From contig OZ241867.1 in assembly GCA_965203175.1 (NCBI GenBank), positions 2,784,001 to 2,848,000 of the forward strand: a stretch of DNA of 64,000 nt. Direction: 5' to 3'. The notes under the pieces are model-generated. The model was not told where the DNA came from and did not search any database. It was given only the letters and a program-made list of their open reading frames with translations. Both the position numbers and the translations under genes were made by a program. The first letter of the stretch is position 1, and the number at the start of each line of letters is the position of its first letter. Source of the DNA: Candidatus Latescibacterota bacterium. GTDB taxonomy: Bacteria; Latescibacterota; UBA2968; UBA8231. Positions 8,514 to 18,418 of this stretch are shown here, one piece after another.

Positions 8514-11483
8514 ATGCTGTGTTTTCTAAAATGCCGCGTTGTCAAGCGCTGGGTGGTCTTGTCCGCGCTGGTTTGCGCTGGCCTGTACGCACCGGCAGAG
8601 GCGCAGCGCCACCCCGAATCTGCTGGCCCGCTGCCCTATTACGATCCTTCTCCCGGCACGCCGAAAGACCCGCCGTGGAAAAAGCGCCCCGCTTTTATTC
8701 GCGGTCCTCAAGACCGCTATGACCGAGGGTTGGGGCGGGCTTTTCTCAACACCGCAGTCAGCGTTCCCTATCTCAATTACGCCGACGAAAAGTACATTGC
8801 TTACTACCGCGAGACCGTTGCTTGGGCCACCCCGTCGGGCCGTCCTCTGAGCGCCCGCAACGTGGGTTGGGACCGGATGGGCAACTACATGGGGGGCGGC
8901 TATCAGCGGCTTCTGACGATAGAAGAGTCGCGCAGTGGCAATGACTTTAGTGGGCATAGCTATATTGACCACAAGTATCGGTCATTTCGGATCGGCCACT
9001 ATACTCACAAGGATTTGCACTGGACCGCCACGTTAGGTAACGTGGGCACACGAGGCGGTGCTACGGATGTGCGCACCATCTTCACGCCGCTCACGCTAGT
9101 CAACAGCAAGATGAGTGCGCTGCGCATGGACATCAACTACAAGGAGCGCGACCGGGCGACTCTGCTCTACTCGCGCGGCGGCGACCACTCCGGTGCCCAG
9201 TTGTTCTCCAAATGGGCGATTGGCCAAGAAGGCGACGACGCTTGGGACAACTCACCGGTGATACTTTTTGGCGGCCACTGGCAGCACGAAGTGGGCCGCT
9301 TCGCCAGCGTTGGCGGTACGCTAATCAACCAGATTATGAGTTCGCCAGATTTGTCGCGCACTAGCGCTTGGCGCGGCGATTTGCCCTATCAGATGCTCGG
9401 TCCCAAGACCATCCGCGTCTTCGTGGCCGACGACTCGCCCGATAACGCGCGGGCCAACGCCATTGTCTATGGCGTGGATATCGTCATTGAAGGCGAGCGC
9501 AACACAGAGCCGGTGCGCCTGACTAGCCTCGACGATGATCCAGACTATGATCCAATGCTAGAAGCCGGGCCACCCGAAGGCGGTGCCGTCCTCGCTGGCG
9601 GTGGGCTCGAGGCCGAGGGCAAAGTGCCGGTGGTTTACACCTTCGTCCTTCCGGCGGACGTGACCATGCGCTCGACGCGTTTTGTCGCCGATGTGGCTGG
9701 CGACTACCGGATCGGCGTCAGCCAGACCCACGACTTCTTCAATATTGATCGCCGAGGCACCGCGGCTATCACTGAGGTGGCTTGGCCAGCTCCCATTGCC
9801 AGCGCTGGTGAGCGGGCCATACGGCGTCCGTTCAAATGGTACACAGACGAGGACGAAGAACTGTACTACACCATCGTCCGCGCCGATGGCAGCGACGGGA
9901 CTGGTGCCAATCGACGGATGGTCTCCTTTGACTACGGCATTCCCACCGGGCAGAGCTTGGCCTCGATCAACTATCAGGTCGATCTGGTGGGGCTGGAAGT
10001 CAGCGGCGAGATGGCGCACAATCTGCAGAATTTCATGTTCCCAATTGGCAATAACGAAGGCCAGCGCAGCAACGAGCGCGCCTTTGCGTGGTGGGTCAAG
10101 GGCATCAAGAACGTCGCCGGTGGATTAGCGCTGGGCGGCGAGATATACCGCATGGAGCCTAATTACGGCGGCGGCTACGATAGCTATCGCGGCGGCATGG
10201 CCTTCCATTACGATGGGCAGCCTGCTCCCGGCGGCAGAATATCTACAGTTACCGAGGAATATCCCATCCACGAGGACAACGACGATCACGACCGTTTCCC
10301 CGACGACCACGTTAGTGATACAGCCGTTGCCGAACCACGCACGCTGTATCCAGGATTTCCCAATGCCCAAGTGTACCCCGGCCTCGACGAGAACGTCGAT
10401 AATATCCCGGACGTGGACCGCAACGAGAACTTCATTGTTGACTGGGAAGAGGCCTTTCTGACCTACGATTCGGAGCCGCCCGAATTTGTCTATGGCATTG
10501 ACTTCAACAACAACAACGTGCCCGATTTCCGCGAGAACGACGATAAGCCGGACTATCCCTATCCGCGCGACCAAAAGGGCCGGCACATTTTCCTTCGCTA
10601 CGACCGCTTGGGACGCTGGGGTGAGTTCGTCAGCATAGGCAGCTACGACAACCGTCAGATTGCCGGCCCGGGCAAGTCCGAGGGGATGTACTTCCGCTAC
10701 GCCTATGAGGTGGAAAAGCGCGGCGTTGGTGCACTGCAGCTTAACTTCGACGCCAAGCAGGTCAAAGACGACATCCCGGATCACACCTATGTGTACCGAG
10801 TGCCCATTGACGATGTCGAGGCCATTAGCTGGTTTAACGAGCCGGACGGCCCGCCCGAGCGCGCGGGCTTTTGGCGGCCAGCGACGCCGGACGAGCTGTT
10901 AATGCGCGACAGCTTTGTGCATCTCTTCTTTTTTGACAGCACTTATCAGGGCTTCCACGGATTCAACATTGAAAACGGCTTACTGTGGCAGCGCAATAGC
11001 CAAGCCGAAATTGAGCTTGAAGACGGCAGCGGGCTGTTGCAGCCCCAAGACGTGCGCTCGCGTTTTTCCATTGTCAACAAGATCGACTACACCCATAGCT
11101 GGGGAGCCTTCAGCGTCACGCCTAAGTTGAAGCATCGGACGATCTTTGAGCAGGTTGACAGCGAAGAGGTGCCGAGGAAATCGTACAGCGACTTCATCCC
11201 CATCGTAATGGGGCGGTACCAGCTCACGCCCAAGACTAGCTTCCAGCTAGGCGTACAGGGGCTACCCTTGCTGCCGTTTAAGCACTGGGATCGCGCCTTT
11301 GAGGATGGGACGTTCAGCCAGACCGATTATATGGCCATGCTGAGCATCACCGCAGACTACTTTGGCATCCGCGACAATTCGATATTCTTCGGCTATCAGC
11401 GCACGCGGCGGGACTTTAGCCATGCAGGGCGTCCCGATTCCAAGCAGGGCATCCTCTTCGTCGAGTTGATATCCCCCTTCTAA
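8514..11483 (+). CDS. Large secreted/outer-membrane protein of unknown function (paralog A) with Asp-rich Ca-binding-like segment
   Basis: ORF open from 8466; likely start ATG 8514 after GAGGGG. Signal peptide ends AEA; DNDDHDRFPD and DENVDNIPDVDRNENFIVD motifs; C-terminal amphipathic strands ending in Phe (ELISPF); clear paralog of 15479-18400. Confidence 0.85.
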   Translation: MLCFLKCRVVKRWVVLSALVCAGLYAPAEAQRHPESAGPLPYYDPSPGTPKDPPWKKRPAFIRGPQDRYDRGLGRAFLNTAVSVPYLNYADEKYIAYYRETVAWATPSGRPLSARNVGWDRMGNYMGGGYQRLLTIEESRSGNDFSGHSYIDHKYRSFRIGHYTHKDLHWTATLGNVGTRGGATDVRTIFTPLTLVNSKMSALRMDINYKERDRATLLYSRGGDHSGAQLFSKWAIGQEGDDAWDNSPVILFGGHWQHEVGRFASVGGTLINQIMSSPDLSRTSAWRGDLPYQMLGPKTIRVFVADDSPDNARANAIVYGVDIVIEGERNTEPVRLTSLDDDPDYDPMLEAGPPEGGAVLAGGGLEAEGKVPVVYTFVLPADVTMRSTRFVADVAGDYRIGVSQTHDFFNIDRRGTAAITEVAWPAPIASAGERAIRRPFKWYTDEDEELYYTIVRADGSDGTGANRRMVSFDYGIPTGQSLASINYQVDLVGLEVSGEMAHNLQNFMFPIGNNEGQRSNERAFAWWVKGIKNVAGGLALGGEIYRMEPNYGGGYDSYRGGMAFHYDGQPAPGGRISTVTEEYPIHEDNDDHDRFPDDHVSDTAVAEPRTLYPGFPNAQVYPGLDENVDNIPDVDRNENFIVDWEEAFLTYDSEPPEFVYGIDFNNNNVPDFRENDDKPDYPYPRDQKGRHIFLRYDRLGRWGEFVSIGSYDNRQIAGPGKSEGMYFRYAYEVEKRGVGALQLNFDAKQVKDDIPDHTYVYRVPIDDVEAISWFNEPDGPPERAGFWRPATPDELLMRDSFVHLFFFDSTYQGFHGFNIENGLLWQRNSQAEIELEDGSGLLQPQDVRSRFSIVNKIDYTHSWGAFSVTPKLKHRTIFEQVDSEEVPRKSYSDFIPIVMGRYQLTPKTSFQLGVQGLPLLPFKHWDRAFEDGTFSQTDYMAMLSITADYFGIRDNSIFFGYQRTRRDFSHAGRPDSKQGILFVELISPF

Positions 11484-11485
11484 GG

Positions 11486-12268
11486 ATGCGAATACACATG
11501 AGACTCATCGCAAAACACATTCGCGTCCTCCTGTGCTTGGCATTGGCCACCGGGGGGTGCGCTACTCTCAGATCCCTCGAATCGCATGCGCAGCGAGAGT
11601 ACGTCATTGAGCTGGAGCCGGTCCTACCTGATGGGGATATCTATTACATTGATCCGATCGACAGCTCGGTCGTGTGGAGCGAGCAAGGGGTACAAGTCAA
11701 GGTCAAGTTCTACGACGATGCCATGCTCGACTCCGAATACGATGTCCGCTTCACGCCTTATACACTCACGGGAGTCGAAATTCCCGGCCTGGACTATACG
11801 CCGCCTCTGTGGACCGTTTTTGAAGTGACTGTAATCAACCGCACGCGAGAGCGGGTGGAGCTAGATCCCACGCAGACTATTCTGCGCTTGGACGATGGTC
11901 GCCGCTTGCTTTGCCGCCAAGGGGCGGGAGGCTGGTACGACAAGGACGAGTTTTTCGACTATTCCTATCTGAAGTGGGGAGGTCAAGAAGGCAATGTACG
12001 CTATCACGCCAACCTAGACCGCAACCCGATCTGGTCCAAGAGCGAGTACTACCGGGAAAAGCCCGTGCGCAAAGGCTCCAGATACAGCGGCAAGTTGACC
12101 TTTCCTCCGCTGCCCGCAGAGACCAAGTCATTTACTCTCGAAGTAACTGACTTCATTCTGGCCTTTGATCGATTTGAAGTAGGGTACGGCAATCCAGTGG
12201 AATTTACCGACCTGAAATTCCACTTCAATGTCGATCACGGAGTGCATTGGGTGGAGAATAAGGAATGA
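11486..12268 (+). CDS. Hypothetical lipoprotein (paralog of 23311-24078)
   Basis: LATGGC lipobox-like signal; YTPPxxTVFEVxVINxT and IDPxDSS shared with 23311-24078. Confidence 0.8.
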   Translation: MRIHMRLIAKHIRVLLCLALATGGCATLRSLESHAQREYVIELEPVLPDGDIYYIDPIDSSVVWSEQGVQVKVKFYDDAMLDSEYDVRFTPYTLTGVEIPGLDYTPPLWTVFEVTVINRTRERVELDPTQTILRLDDGRRLLCRQGAGGWYDKDEFFDYSYLKWGGQEGNVRYHANLDRNPIWSKSEYYREKPVRKGSRYSGKLTFPPLPAETKSFTLEVTDFILAFDRFEVGYGNPVEFTDLKFHFNVDHGVHWVENKE

Positions 12269-12921
12269 AAAAGATGGTGAAATACCTCGGGGTGATGCTG
12301 CTTGTCGGTTCTGTGGCCTGTACTTTGAAATACGAGGCACTCAAGGATACCAGTTTGCCCAACCCACCGACGACGCCGATCAAAATATACGTCAAGGAAT
12401 TCCCGGTCGAGAGCAAGGCTAATGTAGTCGATCCGAGGATGGCCACTTCGGCCACTGACCAGTCAACTCAGTATGTCACGAACGCTCTTGCCAGCCATGG
12501 AAATAAACTGGTGCAGATTTCTCGCCCTTCGCGAATCGAGGATTTGTCTAAGGCCTTGTTGCACGAACTCCGCAGGGACAAGGTGCGGATCTTAACGCAG
12601 ACGGACCGGGTCGAGGTGCTAGACGAAGACAGCGTGCGGCAAGTGGACAACCCCTTTACTCTGGTGTCAGCAGAGTCAGACGAAGCCGACTTGGAAATTA
12701 GCGGCACGGCTCTGATTACCAGTCAGCGGGTGCGCAAAGTATTCTCCCCGCAAACGCAAAGAGTGCAGGTTGAGGTCTCCGTCAAGGATCTCAAAACCGG
12801 CAAAGTGAGCAAGAAAAATCCAGTGGATGCCGGTATTGTAATGATCTTTAACTCTAGGGAGTTGGAGGAAGCTCTCGCCATCGCCGTGATGACCAGCCTG
12901 ACGCAGAAACTGCTGTTTTGA
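12265..12921 (+). CDS. Hypothetical lipoprotein (alpha/beta fold, possibly CsgG/TolB-N-like)
   Basis: MKKMVKYLGVMLLVGSVAC lipobox; ATGA overlap with the upstream gene. The fold guess is weak. Confidence 0.75.
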   Translation: MKKMVKYLGVMLLVGSVACTLKYEALKDTSLPNPPTTPIKIYVKEFPVESKANVVDPRMATSATDQSTQYVTNALASHGNKLVQISRPSRIEDLSKALLHELRRDKVRILTQTDRVEVLDEDSVRQVDNPFTLVSAESDEADLEISGTALITSQRVRKVFSPQTQRVQVEVSVKDLKTGKVSKKNPVDAGIVMIFNSRELEEALAIAVMTSLTQKLLF

Positions 12922-12922
12922 A

Positions 12923-14581
12923 GTGCTGAGGCTGGGCGCACTCTTGCTCTTGCTTGAATTCAGTCCATGCCGTGCTGAATTAAAGACTTGGGTAGTGGAC
13001 ACGGTCGATACATTTGCCTTGGGAACGACCCAAGGTGTACAGGTGCATTCAGATAGCCTCGTCATCTTGGCGCATTTGGACGAGAATATAAATGTGGCCT
13101 TAGGACGATCAGTGACAGACGATTTTGACAAGCCTGTGCCGCTAACCGACGGCGCGATTGACCTCGTGCGGAGCGAGTGGATCTCGGGCACCAATCACGT
13201 GTTCGACAAGCAGTTTACTGTCGATCTAGGGCTGGACCGGGCGATCAAGCGCGTGCGATTGCTAGCCGGTGAGACGGCGCTGAACCAGCCCGAGTATTTC
13301 GTGCGTGGGTACAGGCTCGAAACAGCTTCCCAAGTGGCACCGCAAGTTTGGCATCTGTTGGCGGAACAGCCGGACAATTTCGTCCTCAATGTAGATACCA
13401 GCGCAGATTCTACTTGGGCCGCGACCGACGAGCGCGGAGAGGCAATCCCGCGTGCGGGTCGCTTCGTGCGGTTGACAATAATCCGCCAAGACCGCAGCAA
13501 CTGGGTCGCCATCGGCGAAATTGAGGTGTTTGGTGTGGGCTACGTTAGCGAAGGCTTCATAGAGGATAGCTTCGCTCCGCCTACCCCGGTCAACGTGGGG
13601 CTGATCCGCTGGCAAGTAGAGCGTCCGGAGCGCACGGGCATTGAGTTGCAGGTGCGCGGAACTACCGCAGAGAGTGCAGAAAAGCCTTGGGGAAGCATTG
13701 CGGTGCATACGGACGGGGAATTTTTCTACAGTGAGGATGAGCCGGTCGCGCAGTTGGCGTACCGGGCTCGTCTGACGAACTCGGCCCCCTTTGTCAGCCC
13801 GGTGCTCGAGCGCATTGCCATTGACTACGATCCCGTCTTGGTCGCCCAACAGCTCTTGGCGGAGGTCATCGTATCCGATTCACTGCGCAAGGGCGAGAAA
13901 GCGACGCTGATCTCCCGAGTGGAGATCGCGGCTGGCGTCAATGACTACGGGGTCGATCTCTTGCGCGTACAAGGCCCCTTGCTCCGCGTAGCAGCCGTGC
14001 GCGTCGATGGTCGAGAACTCGCGCCTATAGAGGATTACTCTTGGGGCCCGACGCCGGATCGGGAGGGGATACTGATAGAGCTTGCACCTAATGAGCAAAT
14101 CAACGCGATGGCTACTGTCGAAATTGAGGGACAGGCGCTCTTTGTGCGCGACAAGACCACCGTGCGCTTTGAGGCTGGCAACAAGGCTCAAGGCGATAGA
14201 GATGGGTACGTGAACTGGCAGCAGGGGCAAGAAATGCCGGGTGCGACTTGGACGGTACTGGCTGCGGGAACGCCGTTGCAGCTCTTGGGCGAAGTGCAGG
14301 TAGAGCCGCGCCCGTTCTCGCCGTTTGCAGACGAATATGCGCGCTTTGCTTTCGTCGTCGGCAATATCGAAGAGGGCCGGGAAGTCGTACTGAAAATTTA
14401 CAACTTGACCGGTCGGCCGGTTCGCCAATTAGCACAGACCGGAAGCGCCCGAACCTATCAGTTCGAGTGGGACGGCCGCGACGGCAGCGGTCGGGTTGTC
14501 GAGCCAGGGCTCTATCTGTATGAGGTTGGGATAGAAGGAAGCGATAAGGCGCGCCGAGGTACTTTTGTGGTGGCGTACTAG
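12923..14581 (+). CDS. Secreted protein with discoidin/F5-8-like domain and C-terminal FlgD-Ig/T9SS-like CTD
   Basis: FTVDLGLDRAIKRVRL...GRFVRLTI...AIGEIEVFG (discoidin-like); C-terminal PRPFSP...LKIYNLTGRPVRQL...WDGRDGSGRVVEPGLYLYEV (FlgD-Ig). Confidence 0.85.
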   Translation: MLRLGALLLLLEFSPCRAELKTWVVDTVDTFALGTTQGVQVHSDSLVILAHLDENINVALGRSVTDDFDKPVPLTDGAIDLVRSEWISGTNHVFDKQFTVDLGLDRAIKRVRLLAGETALNQPEYFVRGYRLETASQVAPQVWHLLAEQPDNFVLNVDTSADSTWAATDERGEAIPRAGRFVRLTIIRQDRSNWVAIGEIEVFGVGYVSEGFIEDSFAPPTPVNVGLIRWQVERPERTGIELQVRGTTAESAEKPWGSIAVHTDGEFFYSEDEPVAQLAYRARLTNSAPFVSPVLERIAIDYDPVLVAQQLLAEVIVSDSLRKGEKATLISRVEIAAGVNDYGVDLLRVQGPLLRVAAVRVDGRELAPIEDYSWGPTPDREGILIELAPNEQINAMATVEIEGQALFVRDKTTVRFEAGNKAQGDRDGYVNWQQGQEMPGATWTVLAAGTPLQLLGEVQVEPRPFSPFADEYARFAFVVGNIEEGREVVLKIYNLTGRPVRQLAQTGSARTYQFEWDGRDGSGRVVEPGLYLYEVGIEGSDKARRGTFVVAY

Positions 14582-15425
14582 CGTCCTATTGCTAGCCTTA
14601 GTTCCCCCGGTTGGCGCTGCTTTTGAATTTGCGGCACACGGGGCTCAGAGCACGGCACTGGGTGGGGCTTTTGCCGCCAGCATTCGGACGGCTGAGGCCG
14701 TTTGGTACAATCCGGCCGGTAATGCCCAGCAGCAAAAGTGGCAGGTTGGTACGACCCACGCGTTGATTTATCCTGGGTTGGACCAAAGCCCAGCCCTAAA
14801 CGGCTTGTCAATAACCGGCCCTTTGCGGGGCGGCGGCTTCCAATTGGGCCTCTCGTTTCTCGGTGCTGACGGCTGGCGGGAAGAAGTGATTGCCTTGGGC
14901 TACGGACGGCCGTTGCACGAGCGCTTCGCCCTAGGTGGCGGCTTGCGCACCAGCGCTTGGAAAGCTGGCGATCTGTCGCACCGGGCTTGGCACCTCGATG
15001 TAGGTGCAACTTGGGAAGTGGGTTTCATACACCCGAGGGCGTACCTGCGCTTGGCATTGGTTGCCAAAGGCTTAAACGGCGCGAACATCGCCGCGGGCGG
15101 CCAAGCTGCAGGTAAAGAAAAGCCGGCTGTAGTTGCGGCGGCCTTGCTCAACTTGGCAGGGCGGGAAGTCCTGTTCGACATTGAGCGCCGCGATGGGAGA
15201 ATGGAGTTCAGAGTGGGGTACGAGACGCGGACGGTGAGCCTCAACGGTGCTCGGTTTCGCATGGGCGGGGCCGCAGTTGGCTCGGGTTTTGATGAGAGAG
15301 AGCTCAACGTGGGGCTTGGACACAACTATGAGCAATGGCATTTCGATTATGCTTATTCCTACCCGCTGCACCTCTCCGGTTATGGAGGCGTGCATCGGTT
15401 CAGCGTTGGGTATCGCCAACACTGA
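14565..15425 (+). CDS. PorV/PorQ-like (FadL-superfamily) outer-membrane beta-barrel
   Basis: N-terminal GAQSTALGGAFAA...AVWYNPAG and C-terminal FDYAYSY...GGVHRFSVGY, with alternating beta strands between. Confidence 0.8.
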   Translation: MWWRTSVLLLALVPPVGAAFEFAAHGAQSTALGGAFAASIRTAEAVWYNPAGNAQQQKWQVGTTHALIYPGLDQSPALNGLSITGPLRGGGFQLGLSFLGADGWREEVIALGYGRPLHERFALGGGLRTSAWKAGDLSHRAWHLDVGATWEVGFIHPRAYLRLALVAKGLNGANIAAGGQAAGKEKPAVVAAALLNLAGREVLFDIERRDGRMEFRVGYETRTVSLNGARFRMGGAAVGSGFDERELNVGLGHNYEQWHFDYAYSYPLHLSGYGGVHRFSVGYRQH

Positions 15426-15478
15426 GTTAGAATGCGACTGAAAACCGAATATCTATACTTAGCATGAGGATAGCTGCC

Positions 15479-18400
15479 ATGAGTAGTAATGCGAGAAGAA
15501 GCCTGGTGAGGACCGCACTGCTAGCGTTTGTTGGGCTGGGAATGCTGGGTGCCGAAGCCGAAGCGCAGACCTTTCTGCGCAACCGGGATTTCCTCAACCT
15601 CGGCCATCCCGAACCGTATTTGAACTACGGGCGCAAGGAGTACGATCCCTATCCTTCGGTGATCAACGCACGCAATCGCTACGACCGCTTAGGCAATTAC
15701 CTGTCGCGCGGATTCAATGTCTTCACTTGGGAGTTTTCCCGCCCTGGGGAAAGTAATATCAACACTCGTACCGCCCAGTACTTGGGATGGTTCGCCAATT
15801 TGGTGATGCTCAACGACTCGTACAAGGGCTGGAACTACCGAGTGACCTTGGGTGAGGACATTCGCGCCAAGTTTTCGGATCTGACCTTTAGCGACCCGCG
15901 CTTCTTTGGCGTCCTGCTCGATGGCGCTTCCTCGGACAACAGGTTCACCCTGATGCTGAGCCAAGGCGGCGACCTGTTGGGTGCCGCCAAGTTTTCGACC
16001 TTCAAGGCGACTAGGGAAACCTCGCCGGTGTTGATCTTTGGTGGCCACTGGGAGACCAAACTGGGCAATGTGCTGCGCATGGGTGCCACGTACTTCAACC
16101 AGCACATGGCCAATACTGCCGATGAGAACGGCTCCATCCTCAAGGGCGACACCCCCTATAGCATGCTGCCGCCCTCTTTTATCGAAGTCATTATCGAAGA
16201 CGATTCGCCCGACGATATAGGCCGGGTGGCCACTGTGTACGACGTAGATGTGGTGGTCATCGGCGAGTCGCAAGGACAGCGGGTGCGCCTGACCAGCATT
16301 GAAGGCGATCCCGAGTACGACTCAAGTCTGAAGATGATTGATCCCGTCGGTGGGGCCGAGGGCGGGCTGACCGTAGTCGGTGAGGACCAAGTGGTCTTTC
16401 GCTTCCAAATGCCGCAATTCAATCTCCCAGATGCCTCGGAGTACTCGGCCGCCCCTGACGACTTTGTGCCGGGACTAACGATGAAGTCCGTGCGCTTTTT
16501 GGCCGATGTCGAGGGCGACTATCGCATTTTGGTGCGCCAACAGCACTTGTTCTTCGACCAGCGGGCCCACCAAAAGAACGTGGACAAAGTGGCCGAAGGG
16601 GATGACAGATACGCTCCGGGCGGCAGGAGCTACGTCAATCCTTTTACTGGATTGAAAGGCGACGACGCGCTCAAATCACTCGAAGATGTGCTAGTAGAAA
16701 ATCCCGAAGCCTTCAATCAGTGGCCGGTGGTACCGAATCCGGCTACTACCCAGGCTCAGCCGTTTTTGCAATACAAGTGGGATCAGTTCGATCCGAGCCA
16801 GGTAGGTTATACGGTCTTGCGCTCCGACGGCAGCGGCTCGGGCCGCAAGGTGGTTGAGTTCGACTACGGCATCCCCACCGGTCAGGCGCTCTACGGGTTG
16901 GATTGGGATTTAAGCCTCAAAGGACTAAAGGTAAAAGGTGAGTTGGTCACTAATCCCCAGTACTTCCTCTTTCCGGTGGGCAGCAATGCCGGCAAGCGTT
17001 TTGACAAGCAGGCCCTCGGCTATTTCCTCACGGCCCAAAAGGAAGTAGGCTCGATCGAGATAGGCGGCGAATTTTTCAACCTAGACCCGGACTACAGTGG
17101 TAACTACGACAGTTCCCGCGGCGGCGTAGCCTTCTTCAGCGACAATTGTTTTGTGTGTCCACAAACGCAGGAAATGTCCGTCATGACCGATAATGACGAC
17201 AACGACCAGTGGCCAGACGAAATGATCAACGAGTTGCCCAGCGCGGAGAAGTCGGATTCGGGCATTTTCCCCGGGCTAGACGAAAACAACGACCTAATCC
17301 CAGACAGCGACCAGAATTTTAACGGCATTCCCGACTGGACTGAGCCGATCCTATTTTACGACGCCGATCCGCCGGATTTCATCTACGGCATCGACTTCAA
17401 CAACAACGGCGTAGTCGATTACCGCGAAAACGACGCGCTGCCCGACTATCCCTACCCACGGGACCGCCAAGGGGTCCACTTGGTGACCACCAAGAAAGGC
17501 TTGGGGCGTTGGGGCAAATGGGCCTCTGTAGGCTATTACACCATGAAGGAACCGGCCGGCGGCGGTAAGGCCCAGGCCATCTACGCCCGCTACGAGCACA
17601 ACTTCACCTCGCCCTATCTGGGAAGAGTTCGCATAAACGAGGACATCAAGCAGGTCAAAGACGGCATTCGCGACGACGTGTACGTCTGGGAAGACGTAGG
17701 TCTTAACGAGCGGATACCCAGCCCCTTCCCGCATTTGAAAGGCCCGATGATTGAGGCGCGGGATCTTAATTCCCAGGTTTTTCCGCCGGATGTCGATCCG
17801 CTGAACATGCGCAATAGCTTGGTCAATACCTTGTTCATCAGCTCAACCTTTCGGCAGTTTTCCAATCTCAATGTCATCAATAACATCCAGTGGATCCGCA
17901 ACAGCCAAGCCGAGGATGAGTTCGACGATGGCACCCAACAGGAAGCCGGTGTACTCTCGACCTTTACGATGGTCAACCGGCTCGACTATACGATTAACGC
18001 CGGTAACCTAAACATCCGCCCGATGTTTAAGCACCTATTTTTGCGCGAGCATTCTAGCGTACTCGAAGACGCCACAGACGACGGCCGTATTCGCTCCTTT
18101 TCGATTTACGCGCCGATCGTCAGGACCCGCTTCGACCTGACGACTAAGTCCAATCTGCAACTCGGATTTCAGGGCTTTCCTTTCTGGCGGCACACGAGCT
18201 TGGACCGGGTGGATGATAGCAACGATTTTAAGGAGTGGACGCTGGTGCTGATGATGAGCAACCGCTCAGATCACTACGGCTACAACCTCGCCTCCCAGTT
18301 CGGCTTTATCAGAACCAGCCGGGAGTACGACGATGCCACTCGCGCTTCCGATAGCTTCGATAACTCGCGCCTCTTCTTTGATATTGTGGCCGGGTTCTAG
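15479..18400 (+). CDS. Large secreted/outer-membrane protein of unknown function (paralog B) with Asp-rich Ca-binding-like segment
   Basis: ORF open from 15464; GAGGA RBS favours ATG 15479. Signal peptide ends AEAEA; shares FGGHW, DDSPD, FDYGIPTGQ, YGIDFNNN and PDYPYPRD with paralog A; ends DIVAGF. Confidence 0.88.
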   Translation: MSSNARRSLVRTALLAFVGLGMLGAEAEAQTFLRNRDFLNLGHPEPYLNYGRKEYDPYPSVINARNRYDRLGNYLSRGFNVFTWEFSRPGESNINTRTAQYLGWFANLVMLNDSYKGWNYRVTLGEDIRAKFSDLTFSDPRFFGVLLDGASSDNRFTLMLSQGGDLLGAAKFSTFKATRETSPVLIFGGHWETKLGNVLRMGATYFNQHMANTADENGSILKGDTPYSMLPPSFIEVIIEDDSPDDIGRVATVYDVDVVVIGESQGQRVRLTSIEGDPEYDSSLKMIDPVGGAEGGLTVVGEDQVVFRFQMPQFNLPDASEYSAAPDDFVPGLTMKSVRFLADVEGDYRILVRQQHLFFDQRAHQKNVDKVAEGDDRYAPGGRSYVNPFTGLKGDDALKSLEDVLVENPEAFNQWPVVPNPATTQAQPFLQYKWDQFDPSQVGYTVLRSDGSGSGRKVVEFDYGIPTGQALYGLDWDLSLKGLKVKGELVTNPQYFLFPVGSNAGKRFDKQALGYFLTAQKEVGSIEIGGEFFNLDPDYSGNYDSSRGGVAFFSDNCFVCPQTQEMSVMTDNDDNDQWPDEMINELPSAEKSDSGIFPGLDENNDLIPDSDQNFNGIPDWTEPILFYDADPPDFIYGIDFNNNGVVDYRENDALPDYPYPRDRQGVHLVTTKKGLGRWGKWASVGYYTMKEPAGGGKAQAIYARYEHNFTSPYLGRVRINEDIKQVKDGIRDDVYVWEDVGLNERIPSPFPHLKGPMIEARDLNSQVFPPDVDPLNMRNSLVNTLFISSTFRQFSNLNVINNIQWIRNSQAEDEFDDGTQQEAGVLSTFTMVNRLDYTINAGNLNIRPMFKHLFLREHSSVLEDATDDGRIRSFSIYAPIVRTRFDLTTKSNLQLGFQGFPFWRHTSLDRVDDSNDFKEWTLVLMMSNRSDHYGYNLASQFGFIRTSREYDDATRASDSFDNSRLFFDIVAGF

Positions 18401-18418
18401 GCTTAGGAGATTGACACC

